A stretch of 64,000 nt of DNA from Gemmatimonadales bacterium (lineage in GTDB: Bacteria > Gemmatimonadota > Gemmatimonadetes > Gemmatimonadales > GWC2-71-9), in the NCBI GenBank assembly GCA_044229245.1, contig JBGATI010000024.1, forward strand, positions 21,047 through 85,046, given 5' to 3'. Of the stretch, positions 36,707 through 46,528 are shown one piece after another. The notes below the pieces were generated by a model. That model made no database searches. It saw only the letters and a list, made by a program, of their open reading frames with translations, and had not been told where the DNA came from. Every line of letters begins with the position of its first letter. Positions within the stretch are counted from its first letter, which is position 1. The position numbers were made by a program, and so were the translations under genes.

Positions 36707-37887
36707 TCCACCTCGCCTCGTACCCGTTTCCAGGCGGCCCGGGCCTCCTGATAGCCCAGCAGGTCGTCCACCGCTTCGGCCGTCACATCGCGCTCGGCCC
36801 GTAACGCCTCGAGCAGGGGAATGATCCCGGTCTCCCCGGCGCGGTAGGCCACTGTGGCCCGCTCGCGGAGCCTCCGTGCGACAGGAAGCAGGGAATCGCG
36901 CGCCACCCTCGCGCGCCGCGCCGCTTCAGTGAGGCTTGCCTCCGTTTCACTGAGCTCACGAGCCGATTCAAGCCGCGCCTCCGCGGCCCCGGCGGCCGAC
37001 TGCGCCGCCTCCGCCTGCGCGACGGCGAGCGCGCCATTGCCGCGCTGCCAGAGCGGGAGCGGAATCGAGAGCCCGAAGACTGCGAGCGCACCGCCCTTCC
37101 CTCCCGGTTCATCCCAGTCGGCGCCGGCCATCACGCTGGGCAGCGGCATCCGCGCGAGCGACGCACGCCGGACTCGCTCCGCGGCGGCGAGCGAGTCGGC
37201 GACGGCCGCCCGGATCGCGGGCGACACTCCGCGCCCGTCGGCGGCGGGAATCGGGAGATTGAGGTCGTCATCGATCGCCCCGGACAGGGCGGGCGCTTGG
37301 GCGCCCTCCCAGGCGATTGCACGGGCCAGCCTGGCCCAGGCAATCCGCGCCGCCTCGCCGGTCCGGGACTTCCGCTGTCCGGCCCGCACCGCCTCGAGGA
37401 TGAGCTGATCCCGCTCGGCCTCGGCGATATCACCGCTCTTCAAGCGCTGAGATGCGAGGACTACCAGCGAGTCGGCCACTGCCGCCTGCGCGGACGTGAG
37501 CTGCGCCAGTTCACGCGCCGCGATCAACCCGTAATACGAGGCTCGGACCTCCGCGGCGAGATCGGCGGCGGCCTGGAGCGAATCGGCCTCTGCCCGACGT
37601 ATACCGGCCGCAGCGGCGGCGCGCTCCGGGCCACGAGTCAGCAGCCAGTCGAGTGACTGGTCGAGCGAGATGTGCTGCCGGGGGGGATCATCGGTGTAGC
37701 CGTAGCTGGCGACCGGGTTGGGCAGCGTCCCCGCCACACGCGCGCCGGCGCGCGCCGAGGCCACCCGGGCCGTGGCGAGTCGAACCTGTCCCCTGTGGGC
37801 GCGGGCATGCGCCAAGGCGGCCCCGATCGACAGGGAATCCCCCTGAGGTTGAACCAGCAGCAGTGCAGCGAGGAGAAGGTCAATCAT
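36703..37887 (-). CDS. TolC family outer membrane factor
   Basis: LPNP, LSIPLPLW..G, AY.AGE....LL.A; operon with MFP and RND. Confidence 0.9.
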   Translation of the reverse strand: MIDLLLAALLLVQPQGDSLSIGAALAHARAHRGQVRLATARVASARAGARVAGTLPNPVASYGYTDDPPRQHISLDQSLDWLLTRGPERAAAAAGIRRAEADSLQAAADLAAEVRASYYGLIAARELAQLTSAQAAVADSLVVLASQRLKSGDIAEAERDQLILEAVRAGQRKSRTGEAARIAWARLARAIAWEGAQAPALSGAIDDDLNLPIPAADGRGVSPAIRAAVADSLAAAERVRRASLARMPLPSVMAGADWDEPGGKGGALAVFGLSIPLPLWQRGNGALAVAQAEAAQSAAGAAEARLESARELSETEASLTEAARRARVARDSLLPVARRLRERATVAYRAGETGIIPLLEALRAERDVTAEAVDDLLGYQEARAAWKRVRGEVE

Positions 37888-37934
37888 GCAGTCGCCGTGG
37901 ACGATAGTGCCTCGAACGGTCCCGTGCCACGGGA

Positions 37935-38286
37935 CTATGGCTTCCACTTCCGCCTTTCTGCTGCCCTCGACGTGGCCGCGCACCTCGCCCGTGATACCTT
38001 GCCGGGCCGCGCATCGGCATTGATCTCATCGCCCCCCCGCCGACCAGCGGGCCGCATTTCAAACGCATACGGCAGTCGGCCGTCCACCCTCTCGATCTCG
38101 GCGCTCTGGATGGCGGCACCGCGGAGCCGTGCCTGCGCCATTTTGGCCGCTGAATCGGGATGGAGTGTGGCCTTGGCAGGCAGACCGCGCGCCGCCCTCC
38201 TTGACCAGGAGCGTGTGCTGCTGGGCGGCCGCAGTGATTGCGGCAGCGAACGGCAGGACGAGCAGGGTGGTGTGACGGATCGCCAT
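37935..38286 (-). pseudogene. Secreted PepSY-domain protein, frameshifted or degenerate
   Basis: Signal peptide MAIRHTT... in one frame; A...A.AR..G.I.SAEIER.DGRL.Y.FEM...EIN.DA..GKV in another. Confidence 0.6.
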
Positions 38287-38420
38287 GCCGGCCTCCCCCA
38301 GGAATGGGCGGGCGCATGACCCCACATGGCTGGAACGTACCCGGGTTGGAAGCCGGCAGATGGACGGTTATCCTACCAGCCAGCCGCCGCACCGGTTTGA
38401 CCCCGTTTTCCGAGGTGGAG

Positions 38421-38915
38421 ATGACCCAACCCCTGGTCGGCATCGTGATGGGCAGCGACTCGGACTGGGACGTCATGCAGCACGCCGCGAAACAACTCGT
38501 CAGCTTTGGCGTGCCGCACGAATCGCGGGTGGTCTCCGCGCACCGAACCCCTGACCTCCTCTACAGCTACGCCGCCGAGGCGGCGGGTCGCGGGCTGCGC
38601 TGCATCATCGCCGGAGCCGGGGGGGCCGCTCACCTGCCTGGGATGCTCGCCGCCAAGACTCCCGTTCCGATTCTCGGGGTGCCGGTGCCCTCCAGGCACC
38701 TCAACGGCCTCGACTCCCTGCTGTCGATCGTGCAGATGCCGGGCGGCATTCCGGTCGCCACCTTTGCGATCGGTGAAGCCGGGGCCAAGAACGCCGGCCT
38801 CTTTGCCGTCTCGATCATCGCCCGCACCGATCCCGCGCTCGCCGCCAAGCTCGACGCCTTCCGCCAGACCCAGACCGACCGGGTCCTGGGAATCACCCTC
38901 CCGGAGCCGAAGTGA
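38421..38915 (+). CDS. purE: N5-CAIR mutase
   Basis: [37 protein letters not shown]. Confidence 0.97.
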   Translation: MTQPLVGIVMGSDSDWDVMQHAAKQLVSFGVPHESRVVSAHRTPDLLYSYAAEAAGRGLRCIIAGAGGAAHLPGMLAAKTPVPILGVPVPSRHLNGLDSLLSIVQMPGGIPVATFAIGEAGAKNAGLFAVSIIARTDPALAAKLDAFRQTQTDRVLGITLPEPK

Positions 38916-40042
38916 TCCAGCCTGGCGCCACCCTCGGCCTGCTGGGCGGGGGGCAACTCGGACGGATGTTCACTCAGGCGGCACAGCGGATGGGGTTCGA
39001 GGTGATCGTCCTCGACCCTGATCCGATGAGTCCGGCGGGCCGGATCGCCTCGCGACACATCGCCAAGGGCTATGTCGATCAGGAAGCCCTGATCGAACTC
39101 GGCCGGAGCACCGCCGCCGTCACCACCGAATTCGAGAACGTCCCCGCGAAGTCGCTCGCATTCCTGCGCCAGTTCGTGCCGGTCCGGCCAGGCGCGGAGG
39201 CGGTCATGCTGACGCAGGACCGTCTCGTGGAAAAGAATTTTGCCCGGGAGCAGGGTCTCGGGACCGCGCCCTTTCATGCGGTGCAGAGTGTCGACGAGTG
39301 CACCACGGCATTCGAGGTGATCGGCGCCCCGGCCCTCCTCAAGACGGCGCGTCTCGGCTACGACGGCAAGGGTCAGGAGAACGTCGACTCGGCGGAGGCG
39401 GTGCGCGAGGCCTTCGAGCGCTTCGGGCGGCAGCCTTGCATCCTGGAGGGGCGGCTCAAGCTCGATCTGGAGATTTCGGTCGTCCTCGTCCGGGGCGCGG
39501 ATGGTGCCATCGTCACCTTTCCGGTCGCAGAGAACCGCCATGTGGCGGGAATCCTCGATACGTCGATCGTCCCCGCACGGGTGAGTGCTGAGCTTGCGAC
39601 GGAAGCGCGCGCCGCGGCCAGCCATCTCGCGACGGCGATGAACTACGTCGGTACGATGGCGGTCGAGTTCTTCGTCGTGGACGGGAACCGGCTGCTGGTC
39701 AACGAAATGGCCCCCCGGCCTCACAACAGCGGGCACTACACGCTCGATGCCTGTGCCACCGATCAGTTCGAGCAGCAGGTGCGCGCCCTGACCGGGCTCC
39801 CGCTGGGCGACACCGGGTTGCTGTCGCCGGTCACAATGGTCAACCTGCTCGGTGATCTCTGGGCAGGCGGACCTCCGCGCTGGGACCGGGCCCTCGCCGA
39901 CTCTCGCGTGCACCTGCATCTGTACGGCAAGACTGAACCCCGGCCCGGGCGCAAGATGGGCCACATCAATGTGCTGGCGCCGACCGCCGAGGAATCGCTC
40001 GCGGCCGCCCTCTCGGCCCGCACATCACTCGTCACTCCGTAG
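38912..40042 (+). CDS. purK: N5-CAIR synthetase
   Basis: [38 protein letters not shown]. Confidence 0.97.
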   Translation: MIQPGATLGLLGGGQLGRMFTQAAQRMGFEVIVLDPDPMSPAGRIASRHIAKGYVDQEALIELGRSTAAVTTEFENVPAKSLAFLRQFVPVRPGAEAVMLTQDRLVEKNFAREQGLGTAPFHAVQSVDECTTAFEVIGAPALLKTARLGYDGKGQENVDSAEAVREAFERFGRQPCILEGRLKLDLEISVVLVRGADGAIVTFPVAENRHVAGILDTSIVPARVSAELATEARAAASHLATAMNYVGTMAVEFFVVDGNRLLVNEMAPRPHNSGHYTLDACATDQFEQQVRALTGLPLGDTGLLSPVTMVNLLGDLWAGGPPRWDRALADSRVHLHLYGKTEPRPGRKMGHINVLAPTAEESLAAALSARTSLVTP

Positions 40043-40055
40043 TGAGGTCGTCCCC

Positions 40056-40637
40056 ATGCTGATGGCACTGCTCTCGACCGCAATCCTGCTCGCGCCGGCT
40101 CCGAGCCCCGCGCAGGCGGGCCTCGCCTGCATCACGATGAACACGAAGAACCTTCCACTGGCGACGCGGAAGAGTCCGCTCGACTCGCTCTCGTTCAAGA
40201 TCGGCGCCGCCGAGGTGAAGCTCTGCTACGGCCGCCCCTCGACGCGCGGCCGCACGATGATCGGTGGCGCGAATGTCCCGTTCGGGAAGCTCTGGCGGAC
40301 CGGCGCGAATGAGCCCACGATGATTCACACCACCGGTCCGATCGTCATCGCGGGCGTCGCGGTGCCCGCAGGCTCCTACTCGATCTACAGCGTCCCAGGC
40401 GAGAAGAGCTGGGAGATCATCGTCAATCGGTCCATCACCCAGTGGGGCGAAGAGCATGGCTACACCGATGCGGTGAAGGCCCAGGAGGTTGCCCACGGCA
40501 CGGTGCAGAGCTCGGCGCTGCCCAAGCCGGTCGAGACCCTGACCTTCCATACCGAGCCGGTTGCAGGCGGGGCGGTGAACCTGCTTCTCGAGTGGGAGAG
40601 CACCCGGGTGACGATACCGATCGCCGCCGGGAAGTAA
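40056..40637 (+). CDS. DUF2911 family secreted protein
   Basis: R.SP, Y.RPS.RGR, VP.G..WRTGANE.T, W.II.N....WG. Confidence 0.88.
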   Translation: MLMALLSTAILLAPAPSPAQAGLACITMNTKNLPLATRKSPLDSLSFKIGAAEVKLCYGRPSTRGRTMIGGANVPFGKLWRTGANEPTMIHTTGPIVIAGVAVPAGSYSIYSVPGEKSWEIIVNRSITQWGEEHGYTDAVKAQEVAHGTVQSSALPKPVETLTFHTEPVAGGAVNLLLEWESTRVTIPIAAGK

Positions 40638-40660
40638 TCAAAGTCCTCAGAGTGAATCCC

Positions 40661-40697
40661 GACGCCCTCCGGAACTTCCGGGGGGCGTTGTTCATTT
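40661..40697 (+). terminator. Intrinsic terminator
   Basis: GACGCCCTCCGGA/TCCGGGGGGCGTT stem + GTTCATTT. Confidence 0.65.
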
Positions 40698-40846
40698 CAC
40701 GGAACGTGGTGGACCGGAATTCGGCCTCCACATCTGTTCCCGACGCTTTCACCCTCGGCTCAGGTACCAGCGGATAGAATGGGCCCACTCGCCGCCTCAG
40801 CGCCAGGAAAGAGCGCGGCGAAGCCATCCGGTCGCTGGAGGTCCCC

Positions 40847-42097
40847 ATGAAATCATCGCGCGCAGTGCCCATCCTGCTCTGCGGAGCAGCCCTTGTCATC
40901 GCCGGATGCGCGGATCCGGCCGGACTCGGGGAGTCCCGCAATGCCTCCCAGGCCGCGTCCGCGATCGGCGCCACGCCGCTGGATCTCGGGACGCTTGGTG
41001 GGCCCAACAGTTCCGCCGCAGACATCAATGATGCGGGCGTCGTGGTTGGCTCGAGCGATGTCGCCGACGGCACCCATGCCTTCCGCTGGTCGCGCAGCCG
41101 GGGAATGGTGGACCTGGGCGAACTGGGCGGCGGATACAGCGCCGCGCTCAAGATCAACGAGAGGGGCTATGTCCTCGGGTACAGCCGGGATCGCGACTGG
41201 AACCTGCACATTGTGCTCTGGTCGCCGGACAACGCATTGATGGATCTTGGGCGCCCGCCGACCACGCAGGATTTCTATGTTGGGGGGCTCAACAACCAGA
41301 ATACGATCGTCGGCGGCCTGCTCGGAGACGAAGAGTCACTGCCGTACATCTGGAAGTGGAACCGCGCAACCGGCTACGTCAACATCTCCGATGGCAGGTC
41401 CGAACTGTATGTCACGACGATCGACAATGATGGAAGTCTCGTCGGCACAGGCGGCGGACTGGGAGGCGTCTATGGCTGGTTCTTCAAGCCTCGCCCGTCC
41501 GAATTCGTGGTGATCGGCACGCCGACGGGCAACAACGGCTGGGCCACCGGGATGAACGATCGCCATCAGGTCATCGGCCTTGATGAGTCCGGTCCGAATG
41601 GTACAACTCCCTATCCCGACTACTGGACGGCCCCCTTCCTGTGGACCCCTGGCAAGGGGTTCACCTACCTGGGTACGCTCGGTGGCTGGAACGGTGCCCC
41701 CACGAGCATCAACAACAGGGGAGAAATCGTGGGCTGGAGCAGCACGATCCCATTCGACGACGAGTCGCCTTCGACGGGCTTCTATTGGTCGGAGAAGCTG
41801 GGCATGGTGCCACTGCCCGGCTATGACGGTGGCCAGACGAGCGCCGGAGGAATCAATGTCGACGGCCAGATTGCCGGTGCCGCCCTCAGGCCCACCGGGA
41901 ACTGGCACGCGGTGGTCTGGAACCGCCCCAGCGAGCCGGCCAATGCGGTGCCGGTGAGGACGTCGGCAGCGTTGCTGCCTGGCGGGCTGTACGGCCAGTG
42001 CCTCGCAACAATGGAAATGCACCGCATGCGGGGCGGACTCACGAAGTGCCTCGCCGATCTTGCCACGGGGCCGATCGCGCTCGGCCATCGTCGTTGA
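40847..42097 (+). CDS. HAF-repeat extracellular lipoprotein
   Basis: Lipobox IAGC; repeated DLGTLGG..S.A..IN..G.VVG.S....HAF.W. Confidence 0.88.
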   Translation: MKSSRAVPILLCGAALVIAGCADPAGLGESRNASQAASAIGATPLDLGTLGGPNSSAADINDAGVVVGSSDVADGTHAFRWSRSRGMVDLGELGGGYSAALKINERGYVLGYSRDRDWNLHIVLWSPDNALMDLGRPPTTQDFYVGGLNNQNTIVGGLLGDEESLPYIWKWNRATGYVNISDGRSELYVTTIDNDGSLVGTGGGLGGVYGWFFKPRPSEFVVIGTPTGNNGWATGMNDRHQVIGLDESGPNGTTPYPDYWTAPFLWTPGKGFTYLGTLGGWNGAPTSINNRGEIVGWSSTIPFDDESPSTGFYWSEKLGMVPLPGYDGGQTSAGGINVDGQIAGAALRPTGNWHAVVWNRPSEPANAVPVRTSAALLPGGLYGQCLATMEMHRMRGGLTKCLADLATGPIALGHRR

Positions 42098-42185
42098 CCG
42101 CGCATCGGCGATTCCTGTGACAACCGGCGCTCGCTGAGGCGTGAGCTGCCGGACCGCCGCAGGACAGAGGAGAGCCGTAAATCTC

Positions 42186-42224
42186 AGCGACCCCCCGACC
42201 CACGGGGGGTCGCTTCCGTTCATT
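42186..42224 (+). terminator. Terminator-like hairpin after HAF gene
   Basis: 12-bp perfect stem AGCGACCCCCCG/CGGGGGGTCGCT, weak U tract. Confidence 0.6.
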
Positions 42225-42418
42225 CATGACGGCCCGCCTGACATCACCATCCTGCGCAACGATTTCTCACCCCAACTTCACCCTCCCGTCGCCCTGCTCG
42301 TCGTATACTGTCGTGCGCGGAACGCGCAGGTCGTTCATTTCTCCAGCATGGGAGGAACAGCACGGGAGGGCATATGCGCACGGCACAGCCAGCGACGCGT
42401 GACGCCATCTTCGCAATC

Positions 42419-42874
42419 ATGCGTCATCGGTGGATCGGGCTCATCGGGGCATTCGCACTCGGCATCCTGTCGGTCGTCGCCGGCTGCGGCAGCAGTTCAC
42501 CGAACGACGACGAATGCAGCATCACGGCCGAACAGCAGATCGAGCCGCTGTTCCGGATTCACTTCCTGGTGACGATGCAGGACGGAAGCCCGTTCCTGAA
42601 CCAGGTGAATTTCCTGAGCGAGAAGCACTACTGCAACGGGACGGTGAAGGGGCGATTCACCGATGCCAGCGCGACGACGCAGAACGGCTACTGGAAACCG
42701 ATCAGCACGCAGTACAAGCTGGCCAACACGAAAGACTTCGTCCGGGTTCGCTTCACCACGGGCAGCTACTCGGCGACCTATGATTACGGCTACGTGAAGG
42801 TCAGCAGCGGGATGAAGCTCGAGGGCTTCCAGATGGTCTATGAGGACACGATCAAGGTGCACCTCAACTTCTAG
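42419..42874 (+). CDS. Hypothetical beta-rich lipoprotein
   Basis: Lipobox VAGC; alternative start 42374 after GGAGG. Confidence 0.75.
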   Translation: MRHRWIGLIGAFALGILSVVAGCGSSSPNDDECSITAEQQIEPLFRIHFLVTMQDGSPFLNQVNFLSEKHYCNGTVKGRFTDASATTQNGYWKPISTQYKLANTKDFVRVRFTTGSYSATYDYGYVKVSSGMKLEGFQMVYEDTIKVHLNF

Positions 42875-42894
42875 CCCGCCAGTGACTCGGCAGG

Positions 42895-42937
42895 AAACGA
42901 CGAAGCGGCGCCCGGTTGGGCGCCGCTTCATCGTTTT
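42895..42937. terminator. Bidirectional terminator (lipoprotein / tmRNA)
   Basis: AAACGACGAAGCGGCGCCC...GGGCGCCGCTTCATCGTTTT. Confidence 0.8.
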
Positions 42938-42950
42938 CGAGAACCCGGAA

Positions 42951-43312
42951 TGGAGGCGGAGGGAATCGAACCCTCGTCCGAGTGAGCTTCCAGAACCACC
43001 CCTACGTGCGTAGGCGCATCTTCTCGCGTCGACCCGGACCGGCGCTGCGCCAGCCTTCCCGGGCTCTATCCCCTGTGTTCTCATGGTCGCCGTCGGAGCC
43101 TCGGCGCCCACCAGCCCGGCTTTGCGAACCAATGTCAGCGCCCCGGACAGGCTCTGCGCATCGGTGGAGCGTTAAGCGAGCCTGAGGCTCAGCTTACGCA
43201 GCCATTGCCAGTTCAGAGTTGGCAGTTGAATCAGTCCAGACAGTTTTACCAGGAACCTGGACCTGGGCACGCAGTGTTTCCTTCACCAAACCCGTCGAAG
43301 CCAGTCGCCCCC
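42951..43312 (-). ncRNA. ssrA: tmRNA; tag ANSELAMAA* at 43223-43194
   Basis: 5' GGGGGCGACTGGCTTCGAC, 3' GACGAGGGTTCGATTCCCTCCGCCTCCA, G-U in acceptor stem, 362 nt, tag ending AA-stop. Confidence 0.95.
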
Positions 43313-43324
43313 GAGAGGTTCACA

Positions 43325-43333
43325 AATATAACA
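43325..43333 (-). promoter_or_regulatory. Extended -10 for ssrA
   Basis: TGTTATATT about 12 nt upstream of mature 5' end. Confidence 0.5.
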
Positions 43334-43360
43334 GGGCGGCCCCGGGAACGCGGGCCGCCC
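43334..43360 (-). terminator. Hairpin after diguanylate cyclase gene
   Basis: GGGCGGCCC/GGGCCGCCC followed by TGTTATATTT on minus strand. Confidence 0.55.
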
Positions 43361-43409
43361 CCACTTTCGCTCGCGATCCGGCCCTTCCCCGGTCTCGGGG
43401 TCCTCCAGC

Positions 43410-44825
43410 CTACCCCACCAGCGGTCGCGCCGTCTCCACCCGGTTCCGGCCGGATCGTTTCGCCTCCATGAGCGCTGCGTCGGCCTGGGCAGGCAGATTC
43501 TCGAGGCTCCGGGTCGTGTCGGGCATCGCGGCGACCCCGAAGCTGGCGCTGAGCGGCCAGCTCCGCCCCTGCCAGTCCCACGTCGTGGTCCCGAGCTTGA
43601 TGCGGATTCGGTCCGCGGCCTTGGCGCCGTAGTGGAGATTGGCCCCCGGGAGCCAGATGGCGAACTCCTCGCCGCCGATCCGCGCGGCGGTGTCCCCCCC
43701 GCGAATCTGCTCATGCACAAGGCGGGCGAAGTGGACCAGTGCTGCATCGCCAGCATGATGACCCATGGTGTCGTTCAGCAGTTTGAACTTGTCGAAATCG
43801 GCGTAGATCAGGGTACCCTGGGAGAGCCCGACCTTGTGCATCGCCTCATCCAGCCCACGGCGATTCTTGAGACCGGTGAGGGGATCGGTGATCGCGGCGT
43901 TGCCCTTCTCCTCCAGAACACGGGAACGCGCCATCCGCGGTCCCGCGTTGCGGAGCGCCTCCTGAACCTCGGCGATCACCGGACCGATCGGGTCCCCGTC
44001 GTCATCGGTCCAGAACGCGACCGCGCCGACCGTCTCCTCGCGGTCCCGGATCGGCAGGATGATGGCGGGGGTGAAGTGACTCCGGCGATCGTGCACGATC
44101 CCGCCGAGCGGATCGGCGATGCTGGTGAGCGAGGCGACCTCGCCGGTCGCGACCTGATGGAGCGGGCTCCCGGGCTGCGCGAAGAGCTCCAGCAGTCGCC
44201 GGTCGGCCCGCCCGGAGGTGCCGACGACCTTCACCTGCCCCTGCATCTCGACGGCGACGATCACCTCGGCGTCGAGGATCCGCTCCATCTGGTACGCCAG
44301 CCGGAGCCCGATGCTCCCCAGCGATTCGTGGGCGCTCCCCTCCTCCTCCGCGAGCGCGCGATCGAGCATCGGCTTGCGGCCGAGGCCATCGAGCAGGGCG
44401 ACCAGGTCGTTGCTCGCCTCACGCAGCGTCTCCGCCGACGCGTCGCTGCGGAACAGCAGGCCGGCGATGACTCCACCGGCGGAAGCGTAGAGCAGCGAGC
44501 CGACGTCCAGACGCTCCGCGCCGGAGGCAGACTGCTGCCGCAGGGCGCCGAGCCGCTCCTCAACCGAGGCGAGCACGCTGGATGGCAGGGTGCCGCCAGG
44601 TATCACGCGATGCCACCGCGGGAGATCCTGCCCGTCGTGCGCGGGTGCCGAGACCCAGATGCCAAGTGCCCCGCGCGCGGTCGCCAGCCAGCCCAGTGCC
44701 GGGTCGGGGAGCAGCACGGGGTCCACTCCCGCACCCGTCGAGGCGACGACCGGGCCGCGCTTCCAGAGCAGAGTACCGACAGCGCCGGCCGCGGCACCCC
44801 CGAGCAACCAGCCAATGGCATTCAT
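43410..44825 (-). CDS. Membrane-anchored GAF-GGDEF diguanylate cyclase
   Basis: TDPLTGL.NRR, DFDKFK..ND..GH..GD, RGGD I-site, GGEEF. Confidence 0.92.
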   Translation of the reverse strand: MNAIGWLLGGAAAGAVGTLLWKRGPVVASTGAGVDPVLLPDPALGWLATARGALGIWVSAPAHDGQDLPRWHRVIPGGTLPSSVLASVEERLGALRQQSASGAERLDVGSLLYASAGGVIAGLLFRSDASAETLREASNDLVALLDGLGRKPMLDRALAEEEGSAHESLGSIGLRLAYQMERILDAEVIVAVEMQGQVKVVGTSGRADRRLLELFAQPGSPLHQVATGEVASLTSIADPLGGIVHDRRSHFTPAIILPIRDREETVGAVAFWTDDDGDPIGPVIAEVQEALRNAGPRMARSRVLEEKGNAAITDPLTGLKNRRGLDEAMHKVGLSQGTLIYADFDKFKLLNDTMGHHAGDAALVHFARLVHEQIRGGDTAARIGGEEFAIWLPGANLHYGAKAADRIRIKLGTTTWDWQGRSWPLSASFGVAAMPDTTRSLENLPAQADAALMEAKRSGRNRVETARPLVG

Positions 44826-45745
44826 TACATCCACCCCCTCCGACGGAACCAGCTCCAGATCGCGGCGCTCACCGCGATCATCACCACCCACACGACCGGA
44901 TAGCCCAGCGGATGGCTGATCTCGGGCATGTGCTCGAAGTTCATGCCGTAGACGCCGACGATGAAGGTGAGCGGCAGAAAGAAGGCCGAGAAGATCGTGA
45001 GCACCTGCACGACTTCGTTCGTCCGGTGCGCCGCGAGCGCCAGCTGCATGTTGAGCAGGTTGGTCACATCCTCCAGCAGTTCATCGGCATAGAAGTGCAT
45101 GCTCTCCGCGTTCTCCCGCAGGTCCTGCATCAGCGGGCCGGTCCGGTCCCCCGCACCGGGCAACCGTGTCGCGATGCTCAGCGTACGCCAGAGCAGCCGC
45201 TTCGCGAGCGTCACGCGTCGCTTGATCAGGTACATGTCCCGGAGGAGCGCCGTGACATCGTGGTCGCTCAGGAGCTGGGTCTCGAAGGTGTCCAGCCTCG
45301 CCTCCGCATCGAGCAGCGGCGCCTCGTAGCTGAGCACCACCGCATTGGTGAGGTCGGCGAGCAGCTCGGCGAAATACCGCGCCACGTCGCCACCGGTGGC
45401 CGTCCGGGCCTTCCACTGCTGCATGACCGCGCTGAGGTACGGCTGTTCCTTGCGGTGGATCGTGATCAGGAAGTCGGCGCCCCAGAAGATCGCCACCTTG
45501 CGGGTGAACGCCTGCACGGTGTCGGCCGTCGACTCGGCCCGTTCGTCGGCCGCACGCAGGATGACGAAACTCGTGCCGTCGAACCGTTCGAACTTCGGCA
45601 GGTGTTCCGGATCGAGGCAATCCTGCACCGCGGTCGCGGTCAGCCCGTATTCGGTCGCGACCGTTTCGAGGTCGGCCCGCGTCGGCTCCACCAGATCGAG
45701 CCAGCGGAACGCCGGTGCCGAGGAGGCGTAGATCGTGTGCAGCAA
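44825..45745 (-). CDS. corA: CorA family Mg/Co transporter
   Basis: W.DL..P, HLPK.E, N.V...LT....FLPLTFI.G.YGMNF. Confidence 0.93.
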   Translation of the reverse strand: MLHTIYASSAPAFRWLDLVEPTRADLETVATEYGLTATAVQDCLDPEHLPKFERFDGTSFVILRAADERAESTADTVQAFTRKVAIFWGADFLITIHRKEQPYLSAVMQQWKARTATGGDVARYFAELLADLTNAVVLSYEAPLLDAEARLDTFETQLLSDHDVTALLRDMYLIKRRVTLAKRLLWRTLSIATRLPGAGDRTGPLMQDLRENAESMHFYADELLEDVTNLLNMQLALAAHRTNEVVQVLTIFSAFFLPLTFIVGVYGMNFEHMPEISHPLGYPVVWVVMIAVSAAIWSWFRRRGWM

Positions 45746-46528
45746 TTAGCCCGCGCTCCCGTGAGCCCGATTCCGCGAGGCGAGTATTCGCACGGCCGCC
45801 ATCGCCGCACCGAATCCGTTGTCGATGTTCACCACGCTGATCCCGGCGGCGCAGGAATTGAGCATCGCCAGGAGCGCGGCCAGACCGCCGAACGACGCCC
45901 CGTAGCCGACACTCGACGGCACCGCGATGACGGGCGTTCGTACCAGACCGCCGACGACGCTTGGCAGCGCCCCCTCCATTCCGGCCACCACGATCAGCAC
46001 ATCGGCACCGCGCAGCTGCTCGCCGGCGGTGAGCAGCCGATGCAGCCCGGCCACGCCAACATCGGTGAGCCGTTCAACACCACAGCCCATCACGCTCGCC
46101 GTCACTGCGGCCTCCTCGGCGACCGGCAGGTCGCTGGTACCGGCGCAGACCACGAGCACCGTGCCCGTCTCGACGGCTCGGCGGCCGTCGGTCCCACTGC
46201 GCAGCACCACCGTCCGACCGAGCGGATTCCACTCGAGCTGCCCGAAGCGCCTGGCCAGCGCCTCGGCCTGCTCCGCCGTCGCCCGGGTTCCGAGAAATCC
46301 CCCTCCCGCCACGGCCAGTCCTTCGCAGATGGCCACCACCTGCTCCGTCGTCTTGCCGGCGCAGAACACCACCTCCGGGTGGCCCTGCCTGAGGGTCCGG
46401 TGGTGATCGATCTGGGCGAAGGAGAGCTGTTCAGTGGGAAAGTGCCGCAGGCGCTCGAGCGCCTGCGCCGGGTCGAGCGAACCCGCGGCGACCTCCGCCA
46501 GCAGGCGCTCGAGTTGTTCGGGCGTCAC
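45746..46528 (-). CDS. larB: Nickel-pincer cofactor biosynthesis protein LarB
   Basis: D.HR..RQG.PEV....GKT, AGTSDLPVAEEA, DVGVAGLHRL, AGMEGALPSVV, VVNIDNGFGA. Confidence 0.92.
   Translation of the reverse strand: MTPEQLERLLAEVAAGSLDPAQALERLRHFPTEQLSFAQIDHHRTLRQGHPEVVFCAGKTTEQVVAICEGLAVAGGGFLGTRATAEQAEALARRFGQLEWNPLGRTVVLRSGTDGRRAVETGTVLVVCAGTSDLPVAEEAAVTASVMGCGVERLTDVGVAGLHRLLTAGEQLRGADVLIVVAGMEGALPSVVGGLVRTPVIAVPSSVGYGASFGGLAALLAMLNSCAAGISVVNIDNGFGAAMAAVRILASRNRAHGSAG

Noticed and set aside
40706-40731. att-site remnant of tmRNA (TGGTGGACCGG...CGGCCTCCA)
   Set aside because: Only a short imperfect match; the CCTCCA part is in the wrong orientation and is explained by a local hairpin.
42131-42190. 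Glycine or guanidine-III riboswitch
   Set aside because: Shares only short words (GGAGAG, CUCAG, CAGGACA); full consensus and gene context are missing.
42951-42985. tRNA gene
   Set aside because: The T-arm and acceptor belong to tmRNA; the matching 5' end is 362 nt away and a tag ORF is present.
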